Assembly: GCA_047602405.1 (NCBI GenBank)
Contig: JASGHJ010000001.1
Span: 704,001 to 768,000 of the forward strand
Direction of reading: 5' to 3'
DNA from: Anaeromyxobacteraceae bacterium
GTDB taxonomy: Bacteria > Myxococcota > Myxococcia > Myxococcales > Anaeromyxobacteraceae
DNA length: 64,000 bases
Position 1 is the stretch's first letter, and every line of letters starts with the position of its first letter. Shown here one piece after another: positions 19,507-32,974 of the stretch. Both the position numbers and the translations under genes were made by a program. The notes under the pieces are model-generated. The model was not told the origin of the DNA. It did not search any database and was given only the letters and a program-made list of their open reading frames with translations.

Positions 19507-20958
19507 TTACGAGCCAACGACCCTGAGCGGGGCCGGCGAGGCGCGGTGCGGGAACTCGATCAGGTACTCGCCGGAGAAGCAGGCGTCGCAGAAAGTCTTC
19601 CGCTCCTCGCCGATGGCCGCGTAGAGGCCGTCGAGCGAGAGGTAGCCGAGCGAGTCCGCGGTGACGTAGGTCGCGATCTCCTCGGTGGAGTGCGTGCTCG
19701 CGATGAGCTCCTGCCGGGTCGGCGTGTCGATGCCGTAGTAGCAGGGCCAGGCGGTGGGCGGCGACGAGATGCGCAGGTGCACCTCGATGGCGCCCGCGGC
19801 GCGGATCATCTTCACGATCTTGCGGCTGGTGGTGCCGCGCACGACCGAGTCGTCGACGACGACGACGCGCTTCCCCTTCAGCACGTCGCGCAGCGCGTTC
19901 AGCTTCAGCTTCACGCCGAAGTGGCGGATCGACTGCGAGGGCTCGATGAACGTGCGCCCGACGTAGTGCGAGCGCACGAGCCCCATCGCGAACGGGATCC
20001 CCGCCTTCTCGGCGTAGCCGATGGCGGCGGGCACGCCGGAGTCCGGCACCGGGATGACGAGGTCGGCCTCGACCGGGTGCTCCTCGGCGAGGCGGCGGCC
20101 GAAGGCGTGGCGGGTCGCGTACACCGACTTCCCGAAGAGCACGGAGTCGGGGCGCGCGAAGTAGATGTGCTCGAACACGCAGCGGCCGCTGCGCTCGGGC
20201 GGGCGGGCCGACGGGAAGAGCTTCTCCGAGCGCAGGCCGCCGTCGTCGATGATGACCATCTCGCCGGCCGCGACCTCGCGGACGTAGTCGGCCTCGATGA
20301 GGTCGAGCGCGGTGGTCTCGGAGGCGAGCACCCAGGACTGGTTCTTGAGCTTCCCGAGCACCATCGGGCGGAAGCCCATCGGGTCGCGCACGCCGATCAT
20401 CACCTTCGGCGTGAAGAACAGCACCGAGTACGCGCCGGCGACGCGGCCGAGCGCCTCGCGGACCGCGCCGACGAGCTGCTCGGTGGAGCCGGGGGGCCCG
20501 AGCGAGCGGGCCCGCGCGAGGAGGTGGACGATGACCTCGGTGTCGGTCGAGGCCGTGAAGATCGAGCCCTCGCCCTCGAGCTCGAAGCGGAGCGCCTCGG
20601 CGTTGACGAGGTTGCCGTTGTGGGCGACCGCGACGGCGCCGCCCGCGTACTGCACCGCGATCGGCTGCGCGTTCTTCACGTGCGACGCGCCGGTCGTGGA
20701 GTAGCGGACGTGACCGATGGCGGAGCGGCCGGTGAGGCTCGCGATGGTCTCCTGGGAGAAGGCGTCGGCGACGAGGCCCATCGCCCGGTGCACGTGCAGT
20801 GTCTCGCCGTCGGAGGAGACGATGCCGGCCGACTCCTGCCCGCGGTGCTGCAGGGCGTGGAGGCCGAGGTACGCGTAGTTGGCGGCCTCGTCGGCACCCC
20901 AGATGCCGAAGACCCCGCACTCGTCCTTCATCTTGTCGTAGACGGCGTCGTAGCCCAT
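19507..20958 (-). CDS. purF: Amidophosphoribosyltransferase
   Basis: Propeptide then [51 protein letters not shown]. Confidence 0.98.
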   Translation of the reverse strand: MGYDAVYDKMKDECGVFGIWGADEAANYAYLGLHALQHRGQESAGIVSSDGETLHVHRAMGLVADAFSQETIASLTGRSAIGHVRYSTTGASHVKNAQPIAVQYAGGAVAVAHNGNLVNAEALRFELEGEGSIFTASTDTEVIVHLLARARSLGPPGSTEQLVGAVREALGRVAGAYSVLFFTPKVMIGVRDPMGFRPMVLGKLKNQSWVLASETTALDLIEADYVREVAAGEMVIIDDGGLRSEKLFPSARPPERSGRCVFEHIYFARPDSVLFGKSVYATRHAFGRRLAEEHPVEADLVIPVPDSGVPAAIGYAEKAGIPFAMGLVRSHYVGRTFIEPSQSIRHFGVKLKLNALRDVLKGKRVVVVDDSVVRGTTSRKIVKMIRAAGAIEVHLRISSPPTAWPCYYGIDTPTRQELIASTHSTEEIATYVTADSLGYLSLDGLYAAIGEERKTFCDACFSGEYLIEFPHRASPAPLRVVGS

Positions 20959-20986
20959 GAGCGGCGCGGAGTATAACGATCCACGC

Positions 20987-22303
20987 TTGGAAGGACACCC
21001 TCCCCGCCCGGCGCTCCGCCGCCCCCCGGCACGCGCCCTCCGCGCCCTCGCGATCGGGGTCTCCATCCCCGCGCTGTTCCTCGCGATCGCGTCCCTCCCG
21101 TGGCGTCCGCAGGCCACGTCCGGGCCGCCCGGAGCCGTTGCCCGGAAAGCGTGCAGCGGGCCCCTCGCCGCGGGCGCCGGCGAGGTCCAATTCGACTTAC
21201 CGTCCGGGGCCCCGATCGCCGGGTTCCGCCGCAACACCTGGGCGAGCGAGGGCGCGCCCGGTCCCGTGGGCGCGCGCGCGATCGTGCTCGAGGCGGGCGG
21301 CTGCCGCGTCGCGATCGCGTCCGGCGAGATCCTGCTCGTGCCGCACCCGCTCGCCGCGCAGATCCGCGCGCGGGTGCAGGATCTCCACCTCGACGGCCTC
21401 TTCCTCGGGGCGACGCACACCCACGCCGGGCCGGGCGGCTACTGGGACGAGCTCCTCGGGGAGTACGGCGGGACGGCCCCGTACGACCCCGCGATGGAGG
21501 CGCGCATCGCCGACGGCTACGCGCGCGCGATCCGCACCGCGGCCGCCGCGCTCGCGCCCGCGCGGGTGGGCGAGCGGGTGATCGACGCCGGCGCGCTCGT
21601 GCGCGGCCGCTCGAACGGCGAGGAGGAGGCCCGGCTCACGCTCGTCCGGCTCGCGCGCGCGGACGGCGCGCCGGTCGCCGAGCTCGCCGTGCTGGCGGCG
21701 CACCCGACGCTCCTCGGCAAGGCCAACCGGCGCATCGACGGCGACTGGCCCGGGCGCTTCCTCGCCGACGCGCCCCACGGGCTGCGCCTCTTCGTGCAGG
21801 GCGCGCTCGGCGACCAGTCGCCCGACGGCCCGGGCGGCGCGCGCCCCGCGGCGCCCGCGTACGGCGAGGCGGTCTCGCGCGCGGCCGACGTGGAGGTGCC
21901 GCTCGGCGAGGCGGGCGCCGCGGTGCCGCTCGCGTTCGCGACGGTCGAGGTCCCGCTGCCCGGGTTCGAGCCGGGCGGGATCCCGGGGTTGCTGCGGCCC
22001 GCGGCGCGCACCTTCCTCGGCGGGCACGTGCCGCGCCGCGCCGCGGTGACCGCGCTGCGCGTCGGGCCCGTCGTGCTCGCCGGCGTGCCGGCGGAGCCGG
22101 TCGCCGCGGTGGGCGCCGGGTGGCGCGCGCGCGCGGGTGCCGACGTCGTGCTCGTGTCGCTCGTGAACGACTACGTCGGCTACGCGGAGACCCCGGAGGA
22201 CTGGGCCGCCGGACGCGGTGAGACGAAGCGGACCGTGCTCGGGCCGGCCCTCGCGGAGCGGCTCGGCGAGGGCGTGGCGGCGGCGGTCGCGGCGGTGCGA
22301 TGA
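20987..22303 (+). CDS. Neutral/alkaline ceramidase-like hydrolase
   Basis: [31 protein letters not shown] motifs; start uncertain (20957 or 20987). Confidence 0.7.
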   Translation: MEGHPPRPALRRPPARALRALAIGVSIPALFLAIASLPWRPQATSGPPGAVARKACSGPLAAGAGEVQFDLPSGAPIAGFRRNTWASEGAPGPVGARAIVLEAGGCRVAIASGEILLVPHPLAAQIRARVQDLHLDGLFLGATHTHAGPGGYWDELLGEYGGTAPYDPAMEARIADGYARAIRTAAAALAPARVGERVIDAGALVRGRSNGEEEARLTLVRLARADGAPVAELAVLAAHPTLLGKANRRIDGDWPGRFLADAPHGLRLFVQGALGDQSPDGPGGARPAAPAYGEAVSRAADVEVPLGEAGAAVPLAFATVEVPLPGFEPGGIPGLLRPAARTFLGGHVPRRAAVTALRVGPVVLAGVPAEPVAAVGAGWRARAGADVVLVSLVNDYVGYAETPEDWAAGRGETKRTVLGPALAERLGEGVAAAVAAVR

Positions 22304-22389
22304 ACGCGGTGCGATGAACGCGGTACGATGAACGCGGTACGATGAACGCGGTGCGATGAACGCGGTGCGATGAACGCGGTGCGATGCAC
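22292..22389 (+). repeat. Tandem repeat, 7 x 14 bp (GCGGTRCGATGAAC)
   Basis: Read directly; first unit contains the TGA stop of the upstream gene; last unit degenerate. Confidence 0.95.
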
Positions 22390-22499
22390 CCGCGGCGGTG
22401 AACGCCGCCGCCACGAACCCGGTGCGGTGAGTTTGCGCAGGGGCCGTTCCGTTGACTCCCGTCAACGGACGACCGGCGGTCCGGCGTAGCCTTCACGGC

Positions 22500-23510
22500 A
22501 TGCCGACCACCCCGCACTCCCCCGCCGCGCTGCGCGCCGTCTGCGAGCGCATGATCGCCGCGCTCCGCGCGGGCGCCGTCCCCGCGGTCTCCCCGGACGA
22601 GCTGCCCTGCTTCACCGCGGAGGCGCTCGCCGGCGACCCGAACGTGCGGCCCGCGATGCTCGCCGGCGTGCTCGCCGCGCTCGGGCCGGACGACGTGCCC
22701 ACGCTCGTGCGCGCGCTCATGGCGATCGACCGGAACGAGCGCGCCTGGCTGGGCTTCAAGATCGTGACCGACCCCGCGAAGGCGACCGACTCGGAGGACA
22801 CCGACGTCGTCGCGTTCAGGGGGAAGGGCCAGGGCAGCGCCGACGCGCGGTCGGGGCTGTTCGTGGTGGTGAACCCGACGCTCGGGCGCGACGCCGAGAT
22901 CGTGTTCTCGAGGCGGTACTCGCAGCGCGACTGGCTGCAGATCGTCGACTGCACGCGCGGCCCGCACATGCACGACGAGCAGTACGCCGGCGTGTACTGG
23001 AAGTCGGCGGCGCTCTTCCGGCAGGAGCGGGTGTTCCTGCTCGGCGCGAGCCCGGTCGCGGCGCAGGTGGCCCGCGTCGCGGGCATGGTCGACTTCCTCA
23101 CCGTGGCCGTCGACGACGACCCCGCCTACCTCAACCCGGAGCGCTTCCCCGCGTCCGAGCGCGTGCTCGTGCCGGGCTGGGACCGGCTGCCGGACCTCGG
23201 CATCGGCCCGGACGACCACGTCTGCGTGCTGACGCGCGGGCACATGCACGACCCCGAGGCGCTCGTGTACGCGGTGCGGAGCGGCGCGGGGTACGTCGGC
23301 ATGATGGGCGCGGCCGAGAAGAACGCGCGGGTGTTCGAGCTCGCGGAGCAGCACGTCCCGCGCGCGCAGCTCGAGGCCACGCACACGCCGATCGGGCTCC
23401 GCTTCGGCGCGCGCACGCCGGTCGAGCTCGCGATGTCGGTCGTGGCGGAGCTCATCCAGGTGCGCGACCATCGGCGCAAGGCGCGGGCCCAGGCCGCGGC
23501 GCAGGCCTGA
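22500..23510 (+). CDS. XdhC-family protein (C-terminal Rossmann domain) with an atypical N-terminus
   Basis: VLTRGHMHD, YVGMMGA, HTPIGL.FGARTP.ELAMSVVAEL. Confidence 0.8.
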   Translation: MPTTPHSPAALRAVCERMIAALRAGAVPAVSPDELPCFTAEALAGDPNVRPAMLAGVLAALGPDDVPTLVRALMAIDRNERAWLGFKIVTDPAKATDSEDTDVVAFRGKGQGSADARSGLFVVVNPTLGRDAEIVFSRRYSQRDWLQIVDCTRGPHMHDEQYAGVYWKSAALFRQERVFLLGASPVAAQVARVAGMVDFLTVAVDDDPAYLNPERFPASERVLVPGWDRLPDLGIGPDDHVCVLTRGHMHDPEALVYAVRSGAGYVGMMGAAEKNARVFELAEQHVPRAQLEATHTPIGLRFGARTPVELAMSVVAELIQVRDHRRKARAQAAAQA

Positions 23511-23514
23511 GCGC

Positions 23515-24989
23515 TCACCCGCTCGAGCCGCGCGCAGCCACGCCTCGATCGCCGCGGCCGGCGGCCCCGCGTGCGCCGGCGCGATGCCGTCGAGCTCGTT
23601 CGTGCCGTCGCGCCGGAGCCGCGAGCAGTCCGGCGCCTTCACCTCGAGCCCCGCGTTCGGGAGCCGGAACGGGATGCCGCCGTTCGTGTAGCCGCAGCCC
23701 GCGCCCATCGTCCGCTCGCCGAGCAGCGCGGCCGCGCCGCCGTCGACGAGCGTCGCCGCGAAGGCCTCCGCCGCCGAGGCGGTCCGGCGGTCGGCGAGGA
23801 TCGCGAGCGGGCCCGACCAGGCGCCGGGCTCGTACGACCACTGCCAGAGCGCGTCGAGCACGCCCCACGCGCGCGGGTCGCGGACGCCGTCGCGCGGCAG
23901 GGGGCCGAGGAGGCCGCAGGTGCGCCCGGGGCGGACGACGCGGTTCGAGCAGGCGGGCGCGGCGCCGCGCCAGATCCCCGATGCGTCGCACGGCTCGGCG
24001 GCGGCGCGGAGGAACCCGTCCACGCGGGCGCGAGCCTCCCCGACGAGCGCCACCTCGTGCGGCGTGAGCCCGGGCTCGCGCGCCGTCGCCGCGAGCTCGC
24101 GGGCGAGCTCGGCGAGGTGCGAGAGGTGGTGCGGGTGCCGGACGAACCCGCCGCCGGGGCAGTCCAGGGGCCGGGCCGTGACGACGCGCGCGGCCGCGTC
24201 GGCCCAGCCGGCGCCGCCGCCGTTGCCGGTGAGGTCGACGACGAGCGCCGAGGCGCCCGCGTCGCGGAGCGCCCGGACGCGGGCCCCGAGCGCCGCGAGC
24301 ACGGCGTCCTCCAGGACGGAGCCCCGGAAGGCGTCGAGGCAGCCGCCCGCGCAGGGCTCGTTCCGCCCGGCGCGGGCGCGCTCCCAGGCCGCGGCGCAGG
24401 TGGCCGGGTAGTGCGCGGCCTCGAAGCTCGGGAGGCGCACGAGGCCGACCTTCCGCCCGGCCACCTCGGCGACCCCCGCGGCGAGGTCGCCCGCCGGGAG
24501 TGGCGTGAAGCCCGGCAGCGCCGCGAGCGCCGGGGCGAGCGCGGGCGACGGCGGGCTCGACACGCCGATCGTCGCGCAGGCCGCCGCGCCGTCGAGGGCC
24601 GGGTCGAGCGCGGGGCCGGGCGAGGCCTGCGCCGTGGCCGGGGACCCGCCCGCGCGGAGCTCCCGCCACCAGCGCGCGACCCGCTTCGAGAGCTTCTCGC
24701 GCCGGAGCTGCAGGTGCGGGTCGTGGAAGGCCTCGAGGAGCTCCGCGATCGCCCCGCGCGCCTCGCCGTCGGTGGCGGCGCGGGCGAGCGCGTCGCGGGT
24801 GCGCCGGTCGAGCGCCGCGAGGTCCACGCCGCGGCGGGGGGCGTCCTCGAGGTTCGCGTACGCGCGCGCGAGGTGCGCCTCGAGCGCGTCGAGGTCGGCG
24901 AGCCAGGCCGCGCGATCGAAGGTGAGGCGCGGGACGACGAGGAACCCGGCGAGCGCGGCGGCGGCGAGGGCGAGGAGGAGCTTTCGCAT
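23515..24989 (-). CDS. S41-family peptidase (3' end uncertain, no in-frame stop where expected)
   Basis: FHDPHL, VVDLTGNGGG, TASAAEAF, LLGERTMGAG; TGA at 23515-23517 is one frame off. Confidence 0.8.
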
Positions 24990-25049
24990 CGTGGTGCCCC
25001 GGTACGGTCCCCCGGCGCGCCGGATTTCGCGACGCCCCCGCGGGGCACC

Positions 25050-25682
25050 TCACGCCCCGAGCAGGACCGCCAGCGCGGCGAGGTCCGGCACGCGGTGGTC
25101 GGCGGATCCGGGCCGCGCGTGCGGGCGCTCCACGAGCACGGTCGTGAGGCCGAGCGAGCGCGCGACGTCGAGGTCGTAGTCGGCGTAGGCGGAGACGTGC
25201 CACCAGGCGCGGTCGAGCGGGACGCCGAGCCGCGTCGAGACCTCGCGCCAGAAGGCCGGGTCGGGCTTGTAGCAGCGCACGTCCTCCGCGCAGAACCAGG
25301 CCGAGAGGTCGCGGCCGAGCGCGGCGCGGACGTCGGCGCCGTGCGCGCGATCGCTGTTCGTCATCGCGACGCACGGGGCGACCCTCATGAGCCGCGCGAG
25401 CGCGGCGCCGGAGTCCGGATGGAGCGGCCAGCGCCCGACCTCGCGGCCGATCGCGTCGGCCGCACCCGGCGGCAGCCCCACGACCTCGACGAGGCTCTGC
25501 GCGGTGATCTCGGCGTAGGTCCGGAACGGCGACGCCCGCTCGAGCTCGGCTTGCCGGTCGACCACGCCGTCGAACTCCGCCTCGGCGAGCGTCCGGCCGT
25601 GCGCCGCGGCGGAGGTGAGGAGCCCTCGGCGCCAGTCGAGGACGGTGCCGAACACGTCGAAGGTGAGGAGGGCCGGCGGCAT
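25050..25682 (-). CDS. HAD-superfamily hydrolase (type II haloacid dehalogenase-like)
   Basis: TFDVFGTVLDW, MTNSD, YKPDP, HVSA..DYD. Confidence 0.9.
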   Translation of the reverse strand: MPPALLTFDVFGTVLDWRRGLLTSAAAHGRTLAEAEFDGVVDRQAELERASPFRTYAEITAQSLVEVVGLPPGAADAIGREVGRWPLHPDSGAALARLMRVAPCVAMTNSDRAHGADVRAALGRDLSAWFCAEDVRCYKPDPAFWREVSTRLGVPLDRAWWHVSAYADYDLDVARSLGLTTVLVERPHARPGSADHRVPDLAALAVLLGA

Positions 25683-25780
25683 GGGGGTGTTGTAACGCGG
25701 CCCGGCCCGGCGCCGCCCGCCTCGCCCAGGGCGACCGCGACCCCGAACGAGCTCGCCCAGCCTCCTCGCGGAGCGCCGAC

Positions 25781-26413
25781 CTACTTCTGCAGCCGCCGCT
25801 CGAACGTGACGATCGCCACGGTCGCGGCCGCGATGGCCGCGAGCAGCGCGCCGGCCTTGAGCGCGGGCTCGAGCATCGAGGCCGCGAGCTTCGCGGCGAT
25901 CGCGAGCAGCACGACCACGAGCCCCTCCAGGTGCACGGCGCGGGCGCCGTGGGCGGAGCCGCGGACGATCCGGCCTGCGCCGAGGAACACGAGCGCGAGC
26001 GTGCCGACGAGCGGCGCGCCCTGCCCGTTCGGCAGCGACAGGCCCGCGGCGAACGCGGCCACCGTGGCGGCGACGAGCATCGCCTCGCCGCGCGCCAGCG
26101 GATCCACGTCGTGGCTGCGCAGGCCGACGAGCAGGCACGCGAGCGCGACGAGGAACGGCGGCAGCACGGCGAGCCAGAACCCGAGCGGCGGCGGCGCGAG
26201 CAGCGCGGCGCCGGCGGCGAGCGTGGGCAAGGAGAGCGCGAGCGCCAGCGCGTAGAACGCGAACCGGCCGGCGACGCGCGCCACGCCGGTCGGCCCGACG
26301 GCGCCGGGCGCCCGGAAGCCGAGCGGCGACGCGACGAGCGCGGCGGCGACGGCGAGCGCGATGAGGACGACCGGGCCGGACCAGGGACCGGCGAGCTCGG
26401 GTGCAGCGATCAT
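25781..26413 (-). CDS. Hypothetical integral membrane protein
   Basis: About 7 hydrophobic segments. Confidence 0.65.
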   Translation of the reverse strand: MIAAPELAGPWSGPVVLIALAVAAALVASPLGFRAPGAVGPTGVARVAGRFAFYALALALSLPTLAAGAALLAPPPLGFWLAVLPPFLVALACLLVGLRSHDVDPLARGEAMLVAATVAAFAAGLSLPNGQGAPLVGTLALVFLGAGRIVRGSAHGARAVHLEGLVVVLLAIAAKLAASMLEPALKAGALLAAIAAATVAIVTFERRLQK

Positions 26414-26503
26414 GGCGTCTTCCCCCGGGCGTGAAGCTACACCAGCCCCGGTTCGGGGCGTGCGCCGGCGCGCGCGTGCGGCGATGTGCCGCGTCCGGCG
26501 GGC

Positions 26504-28152
26504 CTAACGGGTCCGTACGCCCCGAGCGTAGCCCGCCGTGGGCGGGCGGAGCCGAGGGGCCGTGGCCCCGCAGGTCGCCCTCAGCCGCGACGCCCGCTCC
26601 GTCCACGGGGTGCGGGCCTCCTCGGGCATCCCCTCCGGCAGGAAGTCGAGCGCGCGCTCCGCGGTGGCGAGCGCGTCCGGGCAGCGGCCGGCGGCCTCGA
26701 GGGCGGCGGCGAGCGTGTCGAGCACGTTGGGGTTCCCGGGGGAAAGCTCCACCGCCCGCTCCGCGTGCGGGAGTGCCTCGGCGACCTTGCCGGCCTTCAC
26801 GAGGAACCAGGCGAGGTTCCCCGCCGCCATCGCGTTGCCGGGCCCGGCGTCGACCGCGCGGCGGAGGACCTCGAGGCGCTCCGCGTCGCCCGCGGCGTCG
26901 CGCGGGAGCGACTGCGAGAGCCAGAGCAGCGCGCGCAGGTCGCGCGGGTGCGCCGCCGCCGCCCGCCGCGCGAGCGGGAGGGGATCGCCGCCCTCCTCGG
27001 CGGCCTTCGCGAAGAGCGCGACCACGTGATCGGGGTCCTCGCGCAGCGCCTCCTCGACCTCGGCCCGCTCGAGCGACGGCCCGCGGCCGCGGCCGCGGTC
27101 GTGGCGCGGCAGGGCGAGGCGCACGCCGTGGACCTCGCCCGCGCCGAGCGTGCGGACCACCGGGTCCGCGCGCACCGGCACGTCCACGCTCCAGTCGCCG
27201 TGGCCGGGCCGGCGCGCGTGCGCGAGGAGCCGCTCGTCGAGCGCCTCCGGACCGCCCGCCCGCGCGGATCCCACTCCGGGAACGTCACCTGCCAGGCGAC
27301 CTCGGGCCGCTCCGCGTCGGCGAGCCGCGCGCGGAAGGCCGCGAAGCGGGGCGCCTCCTCGTGCAGCAGGTGGTGCACGAGCACCGCCGCGCTCGCGCGG
27401 AGCCGCGCGTCCTGCACCCGCCCGTTCCAGGCGAGGAGCTCGCGCACGGGCACCGGCTCGCGCGCGTGGATCCGCGCGAGCTCGACCGGCAGCCGGCCGA
27501 AGCGGCGCACCGTGCGCACCTCGGGGTCGGTGAAGAAGCCGTCGTCGTCGTCGGCCTCGTTGATCTTGCGGGAGAGCTCGCTCTCGCCGCGCTCGAGCTG
27601 CCGCGGCCCGATGGGCTTCTCGTGCAGCCTGAGGCCCGAGAGGCCGTGCCCCCCGCCGAGCACCTCCGCGAGCGCGGCGTAGCCCTCGCCGAACCAGCGG
27701 GGCTGCCGCGGGTAGGCCTGGCGGAGCACGTGGTGCGTGAGCTCGTGTGCGACGACCGCGCGGCGGTCCAGGCCGGAGCGCGCCGGCATGACGATGAGGT
27801 GATCGCCGAGGCCGCTCGGCCAGAGGAACGCGGAGAGCCCCGGCGGCGCGAACTCGTCGAACGCCTCGTCGGAGCGGAAGGCGACGACCCGGGCCTGCCC
27901 GGCGACCGTGCGGCGCTCGCCGGGGAAGAGACCCTCCACGATCGCGGCCCGGACCTCCTCGAGCTGGCGCGAGAGCGAGCGGACCTCGCCGGGCGTGAGG
28001 TCGCCGGAGACGGTGAAGTGCGCGCTCGTGGCCTCGTGCCACGCCGGCCCGCCGCGCGCCGGGCACCGGAAGTGCTCGCCGCCGCGGCTCGCGGGCGTGC
28101 TCGCGCAGGCGGCGAGGAGGACGAGCAGGGACGCGGCGGCACCGCGGCGCAT
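26504..28152 (-). CDS. Lipoprotein with HEXXH metallopeptidase-like (DUF1570-like) domain and C-terminal TPR repeats; apparent frameshift at about 27267
   Basis: Lipobox LAAC, HELTHH, PRWFGEGYA in one frame; TPR NLAWFL..AERAVELSP..LDTLAAAL in another; frames join at GGATCC. Confidence 0.75.
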
Positions 28153-28306
28153 GCACGGAGCGTAGCGGGCCGGCCCGGGCCGCGCGAGGGCTCCCGCTGC
28201 GCGGACGGGCCGGGTCGCTGCAGCGGCCCGGGAGGGGGCCGGGGGTCCGCTGCGAAGGGCGCTGCGTGTCGGGGCGGAGCAGGTGGGCGAGCGCCCCGCT
28301 CCTGCC

Positions 28307-30160
28307 CTACACGGCCGCCGGGACCCTCGAGTCCTCGAGCCGGACCTTCGCGAGCAGCTGCTCGAGCTCGCCGCCGGAGAGCGTCTCCTTCGTGAGCAGG
28401 CTCCGCGCGCTCTCCTCGAGGAGCGGCTTGTTCCGCACGAGGACCGCGCGGGCCCGGGCGAAGGCGCCCTCGACGAGGTCGCGCACGGCGACGTCGATCT
28501 CGCGGGCGGTCTCCTCGGCGTAGAGCCGGGTGCGGCCGCCGAGCTGGCCCAGGAACCCGTTCGGCTCGGTCTCGTAGCTGACGGGCCCCAGGCTGCGCCC
28601 GCCCATGCCGAAGCGGGTCACCATGTTGCGCGCGACGTCGGTGGCCTTCGAGAGGTCGTCGGAGGCGCCGGTGGAGAGGTGGCCGAAGATGACGTGCTCC
28701 GCGGCGCGGCCGCCGAGCAGCACCGCCATCTTGTTCTCGAGCTCCTCGCGCGTCATGAGGTAGCGGTCCTCGGTCGGGCGCTGGATGGTGTAGCCGAGCG
28801 CGCCGATGCCGCGCGGGATGATCGAGATCTTGTGGACCGGATCGCAGCCCGGGAGCGCGGCGGCGACGAAGGCATGGCCGAGCTCGTGGTGCGCGACGAT
28901 CTCGCGCTCGCGCGGGTTGAGGAGCCGGTTCTTCTTCTCGAGGCCGGCGATGATCCGCTCGATGGCGACGTTGAAGTCGTCGGCGGAGACCTCCTCGGCG
29001 CCGCGGCGGGTCGCCACGAGCGCGGCCTCGTTGACGAGGTTCGCGAGGTCGGCGCCGGTGAAGCCGGCGGTGAGCGCGGCCACCTCCTCGAGCCGCGCGG
29101 ACGGGGCGAGCCGGACCTTCCTCGCGTGCACCGCGAGGATCTGCGCGCGCCCGCCGCGGTCGGGCCGGTCGACGAGCACCTGGCGGTCGAAGCGGCCGGC
29201 GCGGAGCAGCGCCGGGTCGAGCACCTCGGGCCGGTTGGTGGCGCCGAGGAGCACGATGCCGCTCGCGGGGTCGAAGCCGTCGAGCTCGACGAGCAGCTGG
29301 TTGAGGGTCTGCTCCTTCTCGTCGTGGCCGCCGGCCATGCCCTGCACCGAGGCGCGGGCGCGGCCGAGCGCGTCGAGCTCGTCGATGAAGATGATGGCGG
29401 GCGCCTTCTGCCGCGCCTGCTCGAACAGGTCGCGCACGCGCGCCGCGCCGACGCCCACGAACATCTCCACGAACTCGGAGCCGGAGATCGAGAAGAACGG
29501 CACGCCCGCCTCGCCGGCGACGGCCTTCGCGAGCAGCGTCTTGCCGGTGCCGGGGGGCCCGACGAGGAGCACGCCCTTCGGCATGCGCGCGCCGAGGCGG
29601 CCGTGCTGCTTCGGGTCCTTGAGGAACGAGACGATCTCGACGAGCTCGGCCTTCGCCTCGTCGACGCCGGCGACGTCGGCGAAGGTCACCTTGGTGTCGG
29701 TCTCGACGTAGACCTTCGCCTTCGACTTGCCGATGGCCATGAGCCCGCCGCCGGCGCCGCCGCCCATCTGCCCGGCCATGCGGCGGATGACGAGCAGCCA
29801 CAGGCCGATGAAGACGACCGCGGGGAGGACGAGCGAGAGGACGAAGCCGAGGAGGTCGCTCTCGATGCGGCCGGAGTAGGTGACCTTGTGCTCGTCGAGC
29901 TCCTTCGCCATCGCGGGGTCGACGCGCACCGCGACGAAGCGCTTCTTGCCGTCGACGGGCTGCTTGAACTCACCCTCGACGCGGTCCTGCGAGACGACGA
30001 TCTTCCCGATCTTGTCCTCGCGGACGTACTGCTGGAACTGGCTGTAGGGGATGGTGGTGACGGCCTGGGTGGCCATCCACCACTGGTTGAAGAGCAGGAT
30101 GCCGAGCAGGGCCACGAGCAGGTAGCCGGCGTTGAAGCGCGTCTTCTTGTCGACGGGCAT
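28307..30160 (-). CDS. ftsH: ATP-dependent zinc metalloprotease FtsH
   Basis: Two TM helices, [16 protein letters not shown], second region of homology, HELGH, TGASDD. Confidence 0.98.
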   Translation of the reverse strand: MPVDKKTRFNAGYLLVALLGILLFNQWWMATQAVTTIPYSQFQQYVREDKIGKIVVSQDRVEGEFKQPVDGKKRFVAVRVDPAMAKELDEHKVTYSGRIESDLLGFVLSLVLPAVVFIGLWLLVIRRMAGQMGGGAGGGLMAIGKSKAKVYVETDTKVTFADVAGVDEAKAELVEIVSFLKDPKQHGRLGARMPKGVLLVGPPGTGKTLLAKAVAGEAGVPFFSISGSEFVEMFVGVGAARVRDLFEQARQKAPAIIFIDELDALGRARASVQGMAGGHDEKEQTLNQLLVELDGFDPASGIVLLGATNRPEVLDPALLRAGRFDRQVLVDRPDRGGRAQILAVHARKVRLAPSARLEEVAALTAGFTGADLANLVNEAALVATRRGAEEVSADDFNVAIERIIAGLEKKNRLLNPREREIVAHHELGHAFVAAALPGCDPVHKISIIPRGIGALGYTIQRPTEDRYLMTREELENKMAVLLGGRAAEHVIFGHLSTGASDDLSKATDVARNMVTRFGMGGRSLGPVSYETEPNGFLGQLGGRTRLYAEETAREIDVAVRDLVEGAFARARAVLVRNKPLLEESARSLLTKETLSGGELEQLLAKVRLEDSRVPAAV

Positions 30161-30316
30161 GGTGCGGGATCCGTAATCACCGCACCCCCTCGGTCAAACC
30201 TCAGAATTCGACCGAAACACTTCGTAATGATCTAACTGACCGGCCGCCCCGGGCGAGGGCGCCGACGTCGTGGGATGGGTGCCCCCGGCCGGGCCCATCG
30301 TCTACACTGCGCCGCG

Positions 30317-31725
<1,409 letters not shown>

Positions 31726-31729
<4 letters not shown>

Positions 31730-32250
31730 TCCTCGCGGCCCTGCTGGCCGTCCTCGCCGGCGCCCCGCGGCCGCCGCCTCCGCTCGCCTGCCCGCCCGGC
31801 CTCCAGAAGCAGGGCGAGGAGCCGTTCGTGGGCTACGAGGTCTGGTGCGAGAAGAAGGACGTCGCCGGCAACGGGCGGCGCGAGGGCCCGTCGCGGCTCT
31901 ACTACGACGACGGCGGCCTCTGGCAGGAGGCGGTCTGGAAGGACGGCAAGCGCGAGGGCCCGTTCGTCGAGTACCACCGCAACGGCGTGAAGGCGCGCGA
32001 GGGGCGCTACGCGGCGGACGCGATGGAGGGCGCCTGGGTCTTCCGCCGCGAGTCCGGGCTCCTCGAGGAGGAGGCCGAGTTCAGGGCCGGCGTGCCCCAC
32101 GGGCGCTTCGTCGCATACGGCCCGTCGGGGAAGAAGCGCACCGAGGGGCAGCGCTGCCTCGGCGCGCCGTGCGGCCTGTGGCGCACGTGGTCGGACGACG
32201 GGCGCCTCGAGGGCGAGGTCCGGTACGAGACGCCCGTCGTGACGCCGTGA
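31726..32250 (+). CDS. Secreted MORN-variant repeat protein
   Basis: Signal peptide; repeats such as [24 protein letters not shown]. Confidence 0.75.
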
Positions 32251-32364
32251 CGGTTTTCCGAGGGATCCCTCGCGTTTGTTGCAGGGATTCCCGAGGCCTG
32301 CGCGTGTAAGTGGTTGATCCACCGTGCCGTCGGACCGGGCACAGCGGTTGCTCTCCGGTGCGGC

Positions 32365-32902
32365 GTGGATCTCGGCTTCACCCTCGCCCTCCTCCTCGCG
32401 GCCGCGTCCCCCGACCGCGAGGTGGTCCGTGCCGAGCTCGAGGCGGTCGCCGCCCGCATCGAGCAGCTGAAGGCGCGTCACGCGAGGGGTGAGGACGGGC
32501 TTCACGGCGAGCTTCTTCGCGCTCCTGGTCCGGGCGCAGGAGCTCGCGATCACCCTCGACCGGCTGGATCACCCGCAGCCCGCCGAGCCGCCGCACCAGC
32601 GGGTGAGGGGGCCGACCCCAGACGACCTCCGGGAGCGCGCCGACGCCGCCCGGGACGAGGCCGATCGGATCCGGAGCGCGCTCGACGAGATCGAGCGGCG
32701 CATGGCCCAGGTGACCGCGAGCGCGCGTTCCCCAGACGCGCGGCTCGCGAGCACCGGGCCTCAGGACTCGACCGTCTCGCCCGCGCGGCGGATGCAGCTG
32801 CTCCAGGGCCAGCGCGAGCGCCTGCTGAGGGCGCTCGCGCTCGCGCAGGCCGACGCGAACCGGCTCGAGGCCGAGGCGCGGCTGCTCGAGTCGGCGCCGT
32901 AG
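32365..32902 (+). CDS. Secreted coiled-coil hypothetical protein with an apparent frameshift near 32500-32515
   Basis: Signal peptide and helix in one frame continue as LLVRAQELA.. in another. Confidence 0.5.
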
Positions 32903-32914
32903 CGGTCCACTCCC

Positions 32915-32963
32915 CCGCTCATCCTGAGCGCAGGCGCCGCGCAGCGGCGCCGGAGTCGAAGGA
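32915..32963 (+). repeat. REP-like family A, copy 4
   Basis: CCGCTCATCCTGAGCGCA-GGCGCCGC-GCA-GCGGCGCC-GGAGTCGAAGGA, between convergent genes. Confidence 0.85.
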
Positions 32964-32974
32964 CGAGTGGAGGA

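Noticed and set aside
22292..22389. Possible CRISPR array
   Set aside because: Units are 14 bp, head-to-tail, without spacers; no cas genes
21636..23514. Long C-terminal extension of the S41 peptidase
   Set aside because: Antisense to the XdhC-like and ceramidase-like genes; a TGA one frame off at 23515 suggests an indel or lost stop
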